The notes under the pieces were generated by a model. It ran no database searches. It was not told where the DNA came from and saw nothing but the letters and a program-made list of their open reading frames with translations. Made by a program: the position numbers and the translations under genes. From a virus, in the IMG/VR virus record IMGVR_UViG_3300034073_003245, positions 21,717-85,716 of that record: 64,000 bases of DNA, one strand, 5' to 3'. Positions 29,749 through 40,600 of the stretch are shown here, piece by piece (position 1 is the first letter of the stretch; every line of letters begins with the position of its first letter).

Positions 29749-30373
29749 CAGCCATCATCAGAACCTGGCCTATGAGGGCCTCAAGGTCTTCGCGATTTGC
29801 TGTCATCTTGGTTGGCTTCTGCCTATCCCCTGCGTATTCGCTCCAGAAGGAATTTAGTTGCGACTTTTGCTCCTGATTTAGGCTCTTGGAAAGAGACACG
29901 AATTGATTCCACAATTCCTCAATCACTGGGTCAATTTCATTGACAGCCTCAATCTCCATCGCCTCTTCAGTTCTGGCGAGGTAAAGGCCGATGCCGAGAG
30001 CCTGAGCAGCCTTCTTCAATGCATCGGATACAGCGCCCTTGAACTCATCGCCAAGGTCAACGATGTCACCCTGCTTGGTGCGCTTGATTTTCTGACCGCC
30101 GAAGCCGTCCTTTGTAACTGAAACAAATCTGTCTGCCTCTGGAAAGGCGACTAGGCGGACGTGGGCGACGATGAAATCGGGATCAAGGGGATCGCGCTCG
30201 CACTTGATGATTTCGTACGACCATCCGTCATAGCCGAGAACCTTGTTGAGGCGGGTAATTACTTCGCTGACAGGGATGTAGGTGAGGCTCGCACCGCCCT
30301 TTTTGAGTACGCGCTCTACCTCCTTGGGGAATGGCTCGGACAGTTTGCTGTATGTCTCAGCGCTGTTTTTCAC
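29735..30373 (-). CDS. Rad52/Rad22-family (Sak) single-strand annealing protein
   Basis: LTYI...VI.RLN.VLG..GWSYEI...KGAVSDALKKAA..LGIGLYL. Confidence 0.88.
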   Translation of the reverse strand: MKNSAETYSKLSEPFPKEVERVLKKGGASLTYIPVSEVITRLNKVLGYDGWSYEIIKCERDPLDPDFIVAHVRLVAFPEADRFVSVTKDGFGGQKIKRTKQGDIVDLGDEFKGAVSDALKKAAQALGIGLYLARTEEAMEIEAVNEIDPVIEELWNQFVSLSKSLNQEQKSQLNSFWSEYAGDRQKPTKMTANREDLEALIGQVLMMAVEAE

Positions 30374-30876
30374 TTGTCAGTACCTTTCATGTAAATAGCA
30401 ATGTTTGTTTTTTCTTCACCAACTTCACAGAACTGGTCTGCGTTGATTCCGATCTTTGATAGTTCCTTCACCCGCCAGTAAGAGGGGTTGAAATACTCCA
30501 GCATCTTAATGGCGATTTCCCGTGAAGACAACACGACTTCGCCGGTGTCCATGTCAACAGAGGACTGACTGATGCGGTCATAGGTCGCTTCCATCAAAGA
30601 TTTGTGATCCCACGACTTGCGGGGACTGGCTGTTTTCTTTTGAACAGAAGCACCGGCAACGTCAATTTCGGAGATGTTCTTCTCCTCCATTTTTTCCATT
30701 ACCTTCTTTGAGAAGGACTCGTAGATGTCCGCTATGTCTCGCTTGATTTGATTGAGAACAACAAGGTGTTCCAGCATTTTCTCAACATCAAGCGAATCAA
30801 GTTCATCGTTGTAGTTAAGGAAGTTGTCAAGGTTGAGAAGCATCGCTCTCAACTCAGAGGGTGTAATAAGCAACAA
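30370..30876 (-). CDS. hypothetical protein
   Basis: RKSWDH...VDMDTGEV...YWRV..L..IGI..D.FC motif; SD GGAG upstream. Confidence 0.6.
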   Translation of the reverse strand: MLLITPSELRAMLLNLDNFLNYNDELDSLDVEKMLEHLVVLNQIKRDIADIYESFSKKVMEKMEEKNISEIDVAGASVQKKTASPRKSWDHKSLMEATYDRISQSSVDMDTGEVVLSSREIAIKMLEYFNPSYWRVKELSKIGINADQFCEVGEEKTNIAIYMKGTDK

Positions 30877-30897
30877 ACTCTCCGTTCGTGTTAGTTG

Positions 30898-32205
30898 CTA
30901 GACGATGATACTCACCCTTTTTCTCTGCGGCAACCCAAGACCAGCCAAATATGAAAATGCACCCACAGCAGAGTCAACTTGGTCGTCGTGGTCACAGGCT
31001 TCTGGGAATGAAGAAATCTCATCAAGCCAGTCGCTGACCCATGGACCACGAACGATCCGCACGTTTCCGTTTGCAACTGCGGCGGCAAATGGCCTTGCTC
31101 TTGTGACCTTGTCCCCGGTAGACCTAATACCCTGGAAGTCATACCCTGGGACCACATAACGGGCGTATTGGTCAACCAGGGCCTTGCCGGAAGAGCCAGG
31201 CTCCTGTTCCATTCTTATGGCCACCCCATGACCGTCTTCATAAGCGGTCTGAGCCACTAACTGCTCAACCTGCTCCCCCCTGACCCTTGCCTTACGCACA
31301 TCAAGGATGTAGGCAACACCCTGGTCAAAAATCATTAGTGTACCAACGGTCCAGTCGGGATTAGGGTTTGACGCTGAGGGCTCAGTCGCCGCTAAGTCCC
31401 AAAATCTGACAACTCTTGCCGCAGATGTCACATGGGGAACTTCAGCGGGGTCAATAATTACTACAGAAGTCCGCTCAAACATGGTCCCCAGGGTCGTAGA
31501 CCACCAGTCGCCTTCTTCTAGCCTTCTTCTCTCAACAGGATCAAGCGCTGACAGGGCCTGACGGTAGGAGTCGGCATCAATACCGGGGTTATCCGTCAAT
31601 TTTGATGGAACAAATATTCTGCCTTTTTCTTTACCCTCAATAATAAATCTTTGCCTAACCCAGTTGGGGGCTGGGTTTGATGCGGCCCTCATTCGTAGCG
31701 GGATTTGAGAAAGAGGGCCGGTTGCCGGGCGGCGCAAACGGGAGAACAAGTATCTGTAATCAGATTCGCGAATTTCCGTCACCTCGTCCATACCGATGAA
31801 CTGAAATTCAGATCCCTTGTATCGGAGATAATCGTTGGTGTTGTTCAGGTATCCGAAAGAAATTCTCGCCCCAGAAGGGAAGGTGGCAACATAACTATTC
31901 GCATTCCAGTGAATGTCCGACTCATTGTCAATCCATGACTTAAATCTGTCCATCAAAGCGCCAGGGAGAGAAAGGTCGGCAAATGTTCTTCTAAAAAGGA
32001 TTGCGGAATAGCCGGGTACATCAACATATTGAAGAGCAGACATCAAAAGGGCGGAAGACTTTCCGCCGCCAGCCGCGCCGCCAAAAAGAGCCTCAATCGC
32101 GTTTGTTCGCAAAAATACCCTTTGTGTAATGGACGCCGACTCAGGGCAATACAGAGGTTTCTTTGGTTCAAGATATTCAAGAACCTTGTTCCAGTCAGTT
32201 GCCAT
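30898..32205 (-). CDS. terL: terminase large subunit
   Basis: Walker A GGAAGGGKS, Walker B FIGMDE, ASNP coupling motif, nuclease WDLA...HDDQVD. Confidence 0.93.
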   Translation of the reverse strand: MATDWNKVLEYLEPKKPLYCPESASITQRVFLRTNAIEALFGGAAGGGKSSALLMSALQYVDVPGYSAILFRRTFADLSLPGALMDRFKSWIDNESDIHWNANSYVATFPSGARISFGYLNNTNDYLRYKGSEFQFIGMDEVTEIRESDYRYLFSRLRRPATGPLSQIPLRMRAASNPAPNWVRQRFIIEGKEKGRIFVPSKLTDNPGIDADSYRQALSALDPVERRRLEEGDWWSTTLGTMFERTSVVIIDPAEVPHVTSAARVVRFWDLAATEPSASNPNPDWTVGTLMIFDQGVAYILDVRKARVRGEQVEQLVAQTAYEDGHGVAIRMEQEPGSSGKALVDQYARYVVPGYDFQGIRSTGDKVTRARPFAAAVANGNVRIVRGPWVSDWLDEISSFPEACDHDDQVDSAVGAFSYLAGLGLPQRKRVSIIV

Positions 32206-32267
32206 CTAAACACTTCCTTCGCTTCATAACACAATAGAGCACTAAAATAGGCTACGGTGTAGCATGT

Positions 32268-32483
32268 ATGCGCAAGAGAGCAAAAGAGAATCTTTCAAAG
32301 ATGATTGACAAATTAAGAAAATTTGGCCGCAAAATAGCAACTAGACAATTTTCTTCATACCTATTGATGGTAGGATTTATATTATTTACGAGCATAGGCG
32401 CAGGGATTTTTTCCCCTGCCTTGGGTTTTATTGCGGCGGGTATCTCATGCGGTCTATACGGATTTCTCTTGGGTCTTGAGTAG
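32268..32483 (+). CDS. small membrane protein
   Basis: Two hydrophobic helices, immediately upstream of portal. Confidence 0.6.
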   Translation: MRKRAKENLSKMIDKLRKFGRKIATRQFSSYLLMVGFILFTSIGAGIFSPALGFIAAGISCGLYGFLLGLE

Positions 32484-32490
32484 ATAACAC

Positions 32491-34560
32491 ATGGCCTGGA
32501 ACTCAACACAGAACAAGTCTCTATCCGGACAGTCTTCTAAGGCTGCAGTTGGCCCTGGGGCGCCTATTGCACAAAACCTGGCACTTGCTGGTCGTCCGTA
32601 CACTGACTCATGGGACATTGAGCGCGTTTACAAAGAGGGCATGCAGAAGGTCACCTGGGTGGCTAGGTGCATTGACGCAATCGCAGGAAACCAAGCAAGA
32701 CTCCCGATTATTCTCCGAAAAGACAATTCTCCGGATGGGGAAGTATTGAGCGGAAGCAAGGCCAAAAACTCCGAACTTCTTAAGATCCTGAATACGAAGA
32801 GCAATATCGGGGAAAACTCATTTATCTTCAGGTACAGGCTTTCATCGCAACTCCTCATGAGTTCTAGGGGCGCTTTCATTGAGAAGATCAGGGGGCGCGA
32901 CGGGAGTATCGTTGGCCTCAACCTTTTGCCGCCACAAGCAACTGCACCAATACCTGATCCAAAGAAGTTTGTTGCTGGCTACGAAGTAAAAATGCCAAAC
33001 GGCGGTGCCGTGTACATGAAGCCTGAAGATGTTGTTTGGGTTCGTCGTCCACACCCGCTTGATCCATACCTTTCGCTCACTCCGCTGGAGGCTGCGGGAA
33101 TCGCGGTTGAAATTGAGAACTTGGCAAAGGTCTACAACAGAAACTTTCTCCTCAATGACGGCAGACCTGGAGGAATCGTTGTTCTTCGTGGCGAGATTGA
33201 CGACGACGACAAAGAAGAAATAAAAAACAGATTCCGTGGAAACCTAACAAAAGCGGGTCAAACAACAGTTATTTCCTCGGACGATGGAGCAGACTTTGTA
33301 GACACTTCGTCAAGCCCGAGAGACGCTGCCTACATACAAATGCGCCAGATCACCAAAGAGGAGATTCTCGCTTCCTTTGGTGTTCCTGAGTCGGTCATCG
33401 GCAATGCCTCGGGCAGAACATTCTCCAATGCTGGCGAAGAAATTAGAGTCTTCTGGAATGAAACAATGCTCCCCCATCTTGAGCCTCTCGCTAGGGCTCT
33501 TGATGAACTTGATGAGCAGTATTACGTTGACTTTGACACAAGCCAGGTACCTGTTCTTATTCTCTACGAACAGGAGAGAATGCGTTACATCAAGGAAGAA
33601 CTTAGCCAGGGGCTTATCAGCGTCAACGAATACAGGATTGCCGCCGGCATGAAGGAAGTTGAGAGCGATCTTGCCGACTCACTTCTGATGAACCCAAACC
33701 TGACCCCCATTGCAAACACAAAAAAGAAGATGGAGGAGCAGACGCAGGCCCAGGTCCAGGGGCCCCCAGGAATGCCGGGGATGCCCCCAGGCGCTCCCCC
33801 GGGGATGCCGCCCGGAATGCCGGGAGCAGGTCCGGTCGGAGCGGGTGGTCCACCGGGGGCGCCAGATCCAACGACCATGGAAGGCGCAATGCAACTCGCC
33901 GGACAAACCCAGGCAATGGCAGAAGATGCTACTGGCACAACAGACCTTCCACCTCTTCCAGTCGCAGAGCCCGAGGTTGCTCCCGCTACCGCATCAGCAC
34001 CTTCGGGCGGAATACAGACGAAGTCTGAAGATGAGTGGGACAAGAAGATTAAGACAACATTTAACAGGTGGACAGAAATCCTTGACAGAAGCCTTGAGAG
34101 GGTTTTTGAGCGCCAACAGAGAGTCGTCCTTGAAAAGGCAACTGGCGCAAAATCTAAAAAACAGATAGAAACCGGTTTGCTGGATGTTGATTCAGTTTTC
34201 TCAATTGACACTTGGGATAAGCAGATGGACGAAGACATCAAGCCAGTTCTTTCTGCAATCATCAATGATGCGCAAGAAACCTACGCAGAAAAAAGCCTCA
34301 TCAAGTCTCACATGAAGAAAGAGGACATAATCGCCCACATTGACTCTCAGATGTTGAGAATCAAAGCGATTAACGAAGAAACATCCTCAGAGATCAGTAG
34401 CGCAATTTTTGCTACACTTTCCATTAGGGACCCCGAAGAGCGAGCAACGGCACTTAGGAGCGCTATTGTCACAACTTTCACCAATCTTCTGGCAAAGAAG
34501 CGTGGACAAATTGCTGAAGACGAAGCCCGTCGTGCCTGGTCAGTTGGTGCCCAAATATAA
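32491..34560 (+). CDS. portal protein (HK97 family) with Pro/Gly/Met linker and C-terminal extension
   Basis: WVARCIDAIA, LSLTPLEAA, FLLNDGRPGG and EEILASFGVP...NA portal motifs. Confidence 0.93.
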   Translation: MAWNSTQNKSLSGQSSKAAVGPGAPIAQNLALAGRPYTDSWDIERVYKEGMQKVTWVARCIDAIAGNQARLPIILRKDNSPDGEVLSGSKAKNSELLKILNTKSNIGENSFIFRYRLSSQLLMSSRGAFIEKIRGRDGSIVGLNLLPPQATAPIPDPKKFVAGYEVKMPNGGAVYMKPEDVVWVRRPHPLDPYLSLTPLEAAGIAVEIENLAKVYNRNFLLNDGRPGGIVVLRGEIDDDDKEEIKNRFRGNLTKAGQTTVISSDDGADFVDTSSSPRDAAYIQMRQITKEEILASFGVPESVIGNASGRTFSNAGEEIRVFWNETMLPHLEPLARALDELDEQYYVDFDTSQVPVLILYEQERMRYIKEELSQGLISVNEYRIAAGMKEVESDLADSLLMNPNLTPIANTKKKMEEQTQAQVQGPPGMPGMPPGAPPGMPPGMPGAGPVGAGGPPGAPDPTTMEGAMQLAGQTQAMAEDATGTTDLPPLPVAEPEVAPATASAPSGGIQTKSEDEWDKKIKTTFNRWTEILDRSLERVFERQQRVVLEKATGAKSKKQIETGLLDVDSVFSIDTWDKQMDEDIKPVLSAIINDAQETYAEKSLIKSHMKKEDIIAHIDSQMLRIKAINEETSSEISSAIFATLSIRDPEERATALRSAIVTTFTNLLAKKRGQIAEDEARRAWSVGAQI

Positions 34561-34669
34561 ATCTGTAAATTAGCCAAATAATTTAAAGATTTATCAATAT
34601 CTTCAAATTGATACTTCCCTTCGTGCCGGTTTTTATGACCTATTATTTTTGAAGTCACCGAGGAGTCGT

Positions 34670-37600
34670 ATGTCATATAGCAACATTGAGTTCAAGTCAA
34701 ACCCGGGCCAATTCAACATTGACGAGGCCCAGGGCATCGTTGAGTGTTTCGTGGCGGGCATTGGCAACAAAGACTCGGTAGGCGACGTTCTTGTTCCTGG
34801 AGCATTTTCAGAAAGCCTTAAGAGAAGAAAGCCTCGCGTTGTGTGGGGCCACAACTGGAATGACCCAATTGGAAAAGTCCTAGAGATTTATGAGGTTGGC
34901 CCTGGAGACGCCAGACTCCCACAGAAGATGCGCCAGGCCGGAATCGGCGGTCTTTACGCCAAAGTGCAATTCAACCTGAATTCGGAGAAGGGTCGCGAGG
35001 CTTTTGCCAACGTGGCTTTCTTCGGCCATGAGCAAGAGTGGTCAATTGGATACAAGACCATTGACTCAATCCATGACCCAGGCGTCAAGGCGAACATCCT
35101 CAAGGAAGTTGAACTTTACGAAGTTTCGCCAGTTCTTCACGGCGCCAACCAGTTGACTGGCACAATTTCTGTAAAGTCAGACGATCTGGCCCTGGCCGAT
35201 GCAGAAAAGGGTTGGGGCATGGGGATGCCACACCACATGATGGGCATGAAGCCGCAGCAACCACAGGTCATCGTTATTAGAGAAGACGACGATGATGATG
35301 ACAAGTACGAGTCTGAGAAGCCGATTTTTGCCGAGGGGCTCGCTCAGCCGATTGGCGGACAACAGCGACGTATGCTTGAAAAAGAAATCGCTGAAAGAAC
35401 CGGTTCTCAAATCCGCCTAATTGAGGCGACCGAAAACACGGCAGTTTTTTCAAGAATGATGCCTACTGGCGGAACAATGGTTTTCCGCGTCAGTTATCAC
35501 ACCCCTGACAATTTCAGAACTTTTATGTTTGGCAAGCCGGAACTTGCAGACGGCCAAGTGACAATGCCGGGTGCGACGCAAAAGCCAAGAACGGTTGTTC
35601 CCTCCCAGATGCCATCAATGCCCATGCAGGTTAAGCCCGGCTATTCGCAAGACGAAATGGGGATGTATTCATTCCCTAAGTCTGGTGAGACGGAAAAGTC
35701 TGATCTAGGTTCCCAGATTCAGGCCATTGAGGACATCCTCATGGCTGAAACTGAGGAAAAAGTTGGCAGAACCCTCAATAGAAGAAATCTTTCAAAACTG
35801 AAGTCAGTCATGGAGAGCCTTCAAGAAATAATTGCTTCTGCTGAAAAGGAAATGGACACAAAGGGGTACGTGATCCCGGTTCCATTGGAAGAGGCATTTA
35901 GCACCAAGCAACTTCTAGATCCAATCTTTGACTATCACAGAGTTGAGACTCAAGTTACAGAAGACGGAATTGTCATTACTTCCGGAGTTACACAGGAATT
36001 CATAGAGGCAATTGGCGTTGCCGAAAAAGCGCTCGGGCGCACGCTGAGGGGCGGCCCGGGAAAAGCGCGCCGCGCCGGGCGCGGCCTGGCGGCACGCTTT
36101 GATCCAAACGCCTGGGACGGAGACGGAGACGGCTTAGTTCAGGAAGGTACACCTTTCCAGCGTCCTGCGATTCCAGGAGTTAACGACCGTTCAACTCGCG
36201 GAAGAGTTGACCCAGCAGCAGCAACACAGGCCTGGCAAACAGGTCAGCGCGGAATGGCTTCGCGCGGCGGTCGCCGTATCACCTTGGGCAATGCGAACCC
36301 GAATAGTTTGGGCCCGATGTACGGCTATGACCCAGAAGAGCAGGACTTCAGTTCTGAATCTTATTGGGAAGAAGTTTTTACAGACAGCGACGATATGTTG
36401 CCGTTTTTTCAGGAATGGCTTGAAAAGGAAAAAGGCAAAGAAGCGCTCTGGCATGAACTATCAGATGATGAATTTGAAGAATTGGTTGATAAGTGGAAGT
36501 CAAGCGATGCGTTTGAAAAAGACGTAAAACGCTACGCTGAAATTCAGGCCGATGAAGGAATAGAAGATGGCGAAGCATTTAGGTCCCTATTCAAGCGGTC
36601 AACGCTTGACAAAGTGTGGGTAAGAAACGAACCCAAAGAACGCGGGATGGCATCTCGCGCCGATGTTTTGACAGATCTGGCCATAGATAGCGACGTATCT
36701 GAAGCAATAGATTCTATTGTCAGAGAAGTGCTTGTTTATTCTGGGACAGGGGATAAAGACAAGATTTCTGACTTGGTTTCAGACGCGGCCAGAGAGATTC
36801 TTGACTCCATTAATTTTGACTCCATCAAAGACAGCCCTGGTAAAGCAGTTTCTGATTTCAGAAAAAAACTTGTGGAAACACTGTCAGACGAGGACTTTTT
36901 GCGCGAAGCAATGAGGAAAAAGGACGCAATTAATGAGTTTGTTGATGGTTTATACGACGCCGTAAATTCTGCTTTTGAAAAATATGAAGATCATCTCAAA
37001 AAAACTGGTGGAGACTTTGAAGACTTTGCCGATTTGAAATTTGAACTCCTTGATGACCTTGACGGAAGAGTTTCTAAAATTCTCAATTCATCGCGCAAAT
37101 TATTTGGCGAACTAAAATCAAAGAAAACTGAAGACGAATATAAGTCCAGAGATGAACGTAGAAAGTTAATTGCCTCAATACGGGCAGGGGAACTTCCTAA
37201 AGACTGGAGAGGTAGAGAGACAGAAGACCTAGTGGATGGTCGTGTTGCGTATGAGGAAGCACTTGAAGAAATTGTAAACAACAGCCCAGATGCAGACATT
37301 GACGAGTTGATGTCTGACTATATTGAGGCCGTCAGAGAGGGCGCTAGGAAAAATCCGGACAACAGAGTCCTCGCAGTCCTTGCTGATGTGTACGGAGATG
37401 ATGGGAAAATAACAGACGAAGAACTCAAGAGAAACCTGCAGGACGTAGCAAGACGCTCTCCATTTAACAAAAAGAGGGGCAGAAATGAGAAAGAAGTTCT
37501 TCGCGGCATGGCATCTCGCGGTGGCGGGCGTCCTGGCGACCCGATAACCGACCAAGAGCGCAATAAGGTCAAGAGAGACAGCACTGCCGTATCAATGTTC

Positions 37601-40600
37601 AAAGAGTCAACAGACTACGACAATGCTTTTAATTCTTGGCAAAAAGCCAACCCTGGAAAGTCGGAAAAAGACTTTGAAAAGTCGCCGGAATTTACTGATG
37701 CACTGGTTGAGTTTGACAGATACCTGCTTGACCAAGCATCAAAGGCCACGGGGATTCGCTACAGCAGAACCATGCCATATAGCGGTGGTCCAATTTCTCT
37801 TGAGCAAATGACTGCTAAGCAAATTCTCAGAGACAGAATGTCTGGGATGTCTCTTGATGATGTCGCTGAAAAAATGAATCTGTCTCGCGAGAAAGTCAGA
37901 TCGCTTGAGGCTCAGGAAGTTATGCGCCTGAGAGATGATGCTTCACCTAGAGAAATACTTGCCTACAGAACAATGGGCTTGAGCCTTGAAGACACAGGTC
38001 GTCTCTTTGGCATGCGCCCAGAGGACGTGCGCAAAGCAGAAGCCAAAGAGATGGCCGACATCCGCAAGGATATGGACGACAACAAACTTATTGAACTCCG
38101 GATGATGGGCTTTTCTCTTGATGATCTCGCAGAAATCACCGGAGCCAGTAGGGAAGATCTTCGTAAGCGGGAAATACAAAGACTAAGAAGAGGCCCAGAA
38201 GACGGTGGCGGCGCGCGCGGAATGGCTAGCCGTGGAAGGTCAGAAGACTTTGACGGCGGGTATGACGAGGCGTACGGTCCGACACCCCCCATAACAAGAA
38301 GGCCGCCGGTCGGAGAATGGGATGTCCTCGTGGGTGAAGAAGCCTACGAGAGAGAAGATGCCAGCAGGCAGCAACGCGGCATGGCAAGCCAAAACGTTAG
38401 ACCAAACGCCGGTCTAGTTAAGTACTCAACAGATCTATTGAATGAAAAACTTGAAGACCTGGACTCAGATCCTCAACCAGGAATGGCCGGAGCGACCCTT
38501 GATAAGACATGGGCAGAGGGAGTGCTTGATGGGCTTCGTGACGGCAGACTTTCATCTGATGACGCAATCAACATCATTGGCCTAGCAGGCAACGATGTCT
38601 TTAACGAAGGCAAGAAGCCAGAAGGCGAAAGAAACCAGGCACTCATTGATTCACGTATCAAGTTGAGCAAGAGGCTAAGAAGGTCTGTCGTTGATTCAAT
38701 GTCCGAGGGCGACATGGAGGAATACCAGGCAAATCGCCGCAGAAGAATGGGTGCTGATCGTGGAATGAGAAGCACTCTTTCTGAGGCAAACAGAAGGAGG
38801 GATGCCGGCCTTACTCCAGGCACTGGTGATCCATCCCCGGGAACACGTGGCCAAAGAGTGGCATCAAGTGGCGGCGAGTACAAGCCGAACACAGAAGAAA
38901 GAGATGCTGCGATTATTCAAAGGCTGAGAGACATAGGCCTTAGCGATGATGAAATTTCCGAATTGACTGGAATAGACAATCTTCCAGACGCAGAAAGAGG
39001 AATGGCATCAAGAGAAATAAAACTAAACAATCGGCAGATTGATAACGCCTTATCAGAACTTGACAATTTGACAGATGATCGTGGTTATGAAGATTGGGAA
39101 TCAATCCAAAAACTGCGTCAGCAATTGTCGGACGCCAAAGACAACAACGGAGTTTTTTCTCCTTCTGAGAGGGATATTGAGGACTATCTTGACGAACTAG
39201 AAAAACTTGAAGATGCAGGATTTGACGACTGGGAAGGTCTGTCAATGATCCGTTCTATTATTAGTGATTCTAGGGGCGAACGTGGCATGCGCTCAAGAAA
39301 CTCCGAAATAGATATGACCCTTGAGGAATACGGTCAACTTCTTGACACTCTTGACAAATATGTTGACGGAAGCGCGGGCGAGGGAGTCGGCGCTGATGAC
39401 GACATGCGTGTTCTTCAGCAGGTAATGGACAAACTTGAGGCGAGCCAAAACGCCAATGACGCAGTTGAACTAACGTCTGACGAAATTTCTGACTATCTAG
39501 ACAGTCTTAAGAATATCCGCGACAACGGTCCAATGGAGGACGCGACTTCTGGCGACAAGGCTAATATCAACAAGTTGATCTCAGCCCTTGAGGGGGCTAG
39601 GGATTCACGGGATGGATCCTACGAGACGCCGGCATTAAGGCGTTCCGGCGCAAGAATTAGCGACCAGCAGGGAAGGGCGTTTAGGTCATCAAGCGGAACT
39701 GTTAACCCTCACGAAAAAATTGAGATGACCCTCAACGGCGATGATATCTCAGCAATGGTTGAAGACATTGACGCGCTTCTGAAACAAACCCCAAATTCCG
39801 CAGCACTTAAGGCTGCTAGAGAAAAGTTCTCAAAGGCCAAGACTGGTGAAAAGATCACCATGGATAAAGACGAGTACGAGCAACTCTACAAAGACATTGA
39901 GACAGCAAAAACGCAGGGCAATAGGGTCACTTCTGAACTCGCATCACTTCTTGACCAGGCAGCAGAAAGCAAAGATGGCAAGTACGTTGACCCCAACCTA
40001 AGAGGACGCGGCGGTATGGCGTCTCGTAATAATGGGGCTCCTTCAGACATTACAGAGGCAATGCAGAAGGAATACATCTTCTGGGCCAGAAATAACCCAA
40101 ATCTTTTTGTCGCTCAAAGAATCCTGAAGAAGTACGACGATAACGATGGACAATTGTCCGCTAGGGACTGGAGAGCGCTTGACACTCTCTACACGAACTT
40201 AAGCCCACGTGGAGGCGGTCGTCGCTCTGGAATGAGATCTCGTTCGGGCCGTGATGCGGAAATAGAGAAACAGAAAAAAATAGACGCCGAAAGAATGCGA
40301 TCAGGCTCCACCACGGGATCGGAGAGCGAAAGAATTGGCAGATCTTCAGAGGGAACTGGAGTCTCAGCCAGTGGTCTTGGAGACATTGGCATTCGTGGTG
40401 AAGGCGCAAGCCAGAGGACAGAAACACCTGGCCCTTCAGAGAAGAAATTTACAGGGAAGTCATTCAATGAAGTCCAACCAGATAACTGGGAATCTCTTGA
40501 CATTGAGGAGAAGTACGACTGGCTATTCAGCAATGGCAAGCCGGAGGTTTCAGGAATGTCGCCGGCGGCCTATGAGGGCGCTCTCAAGAAGTTAATTGCG

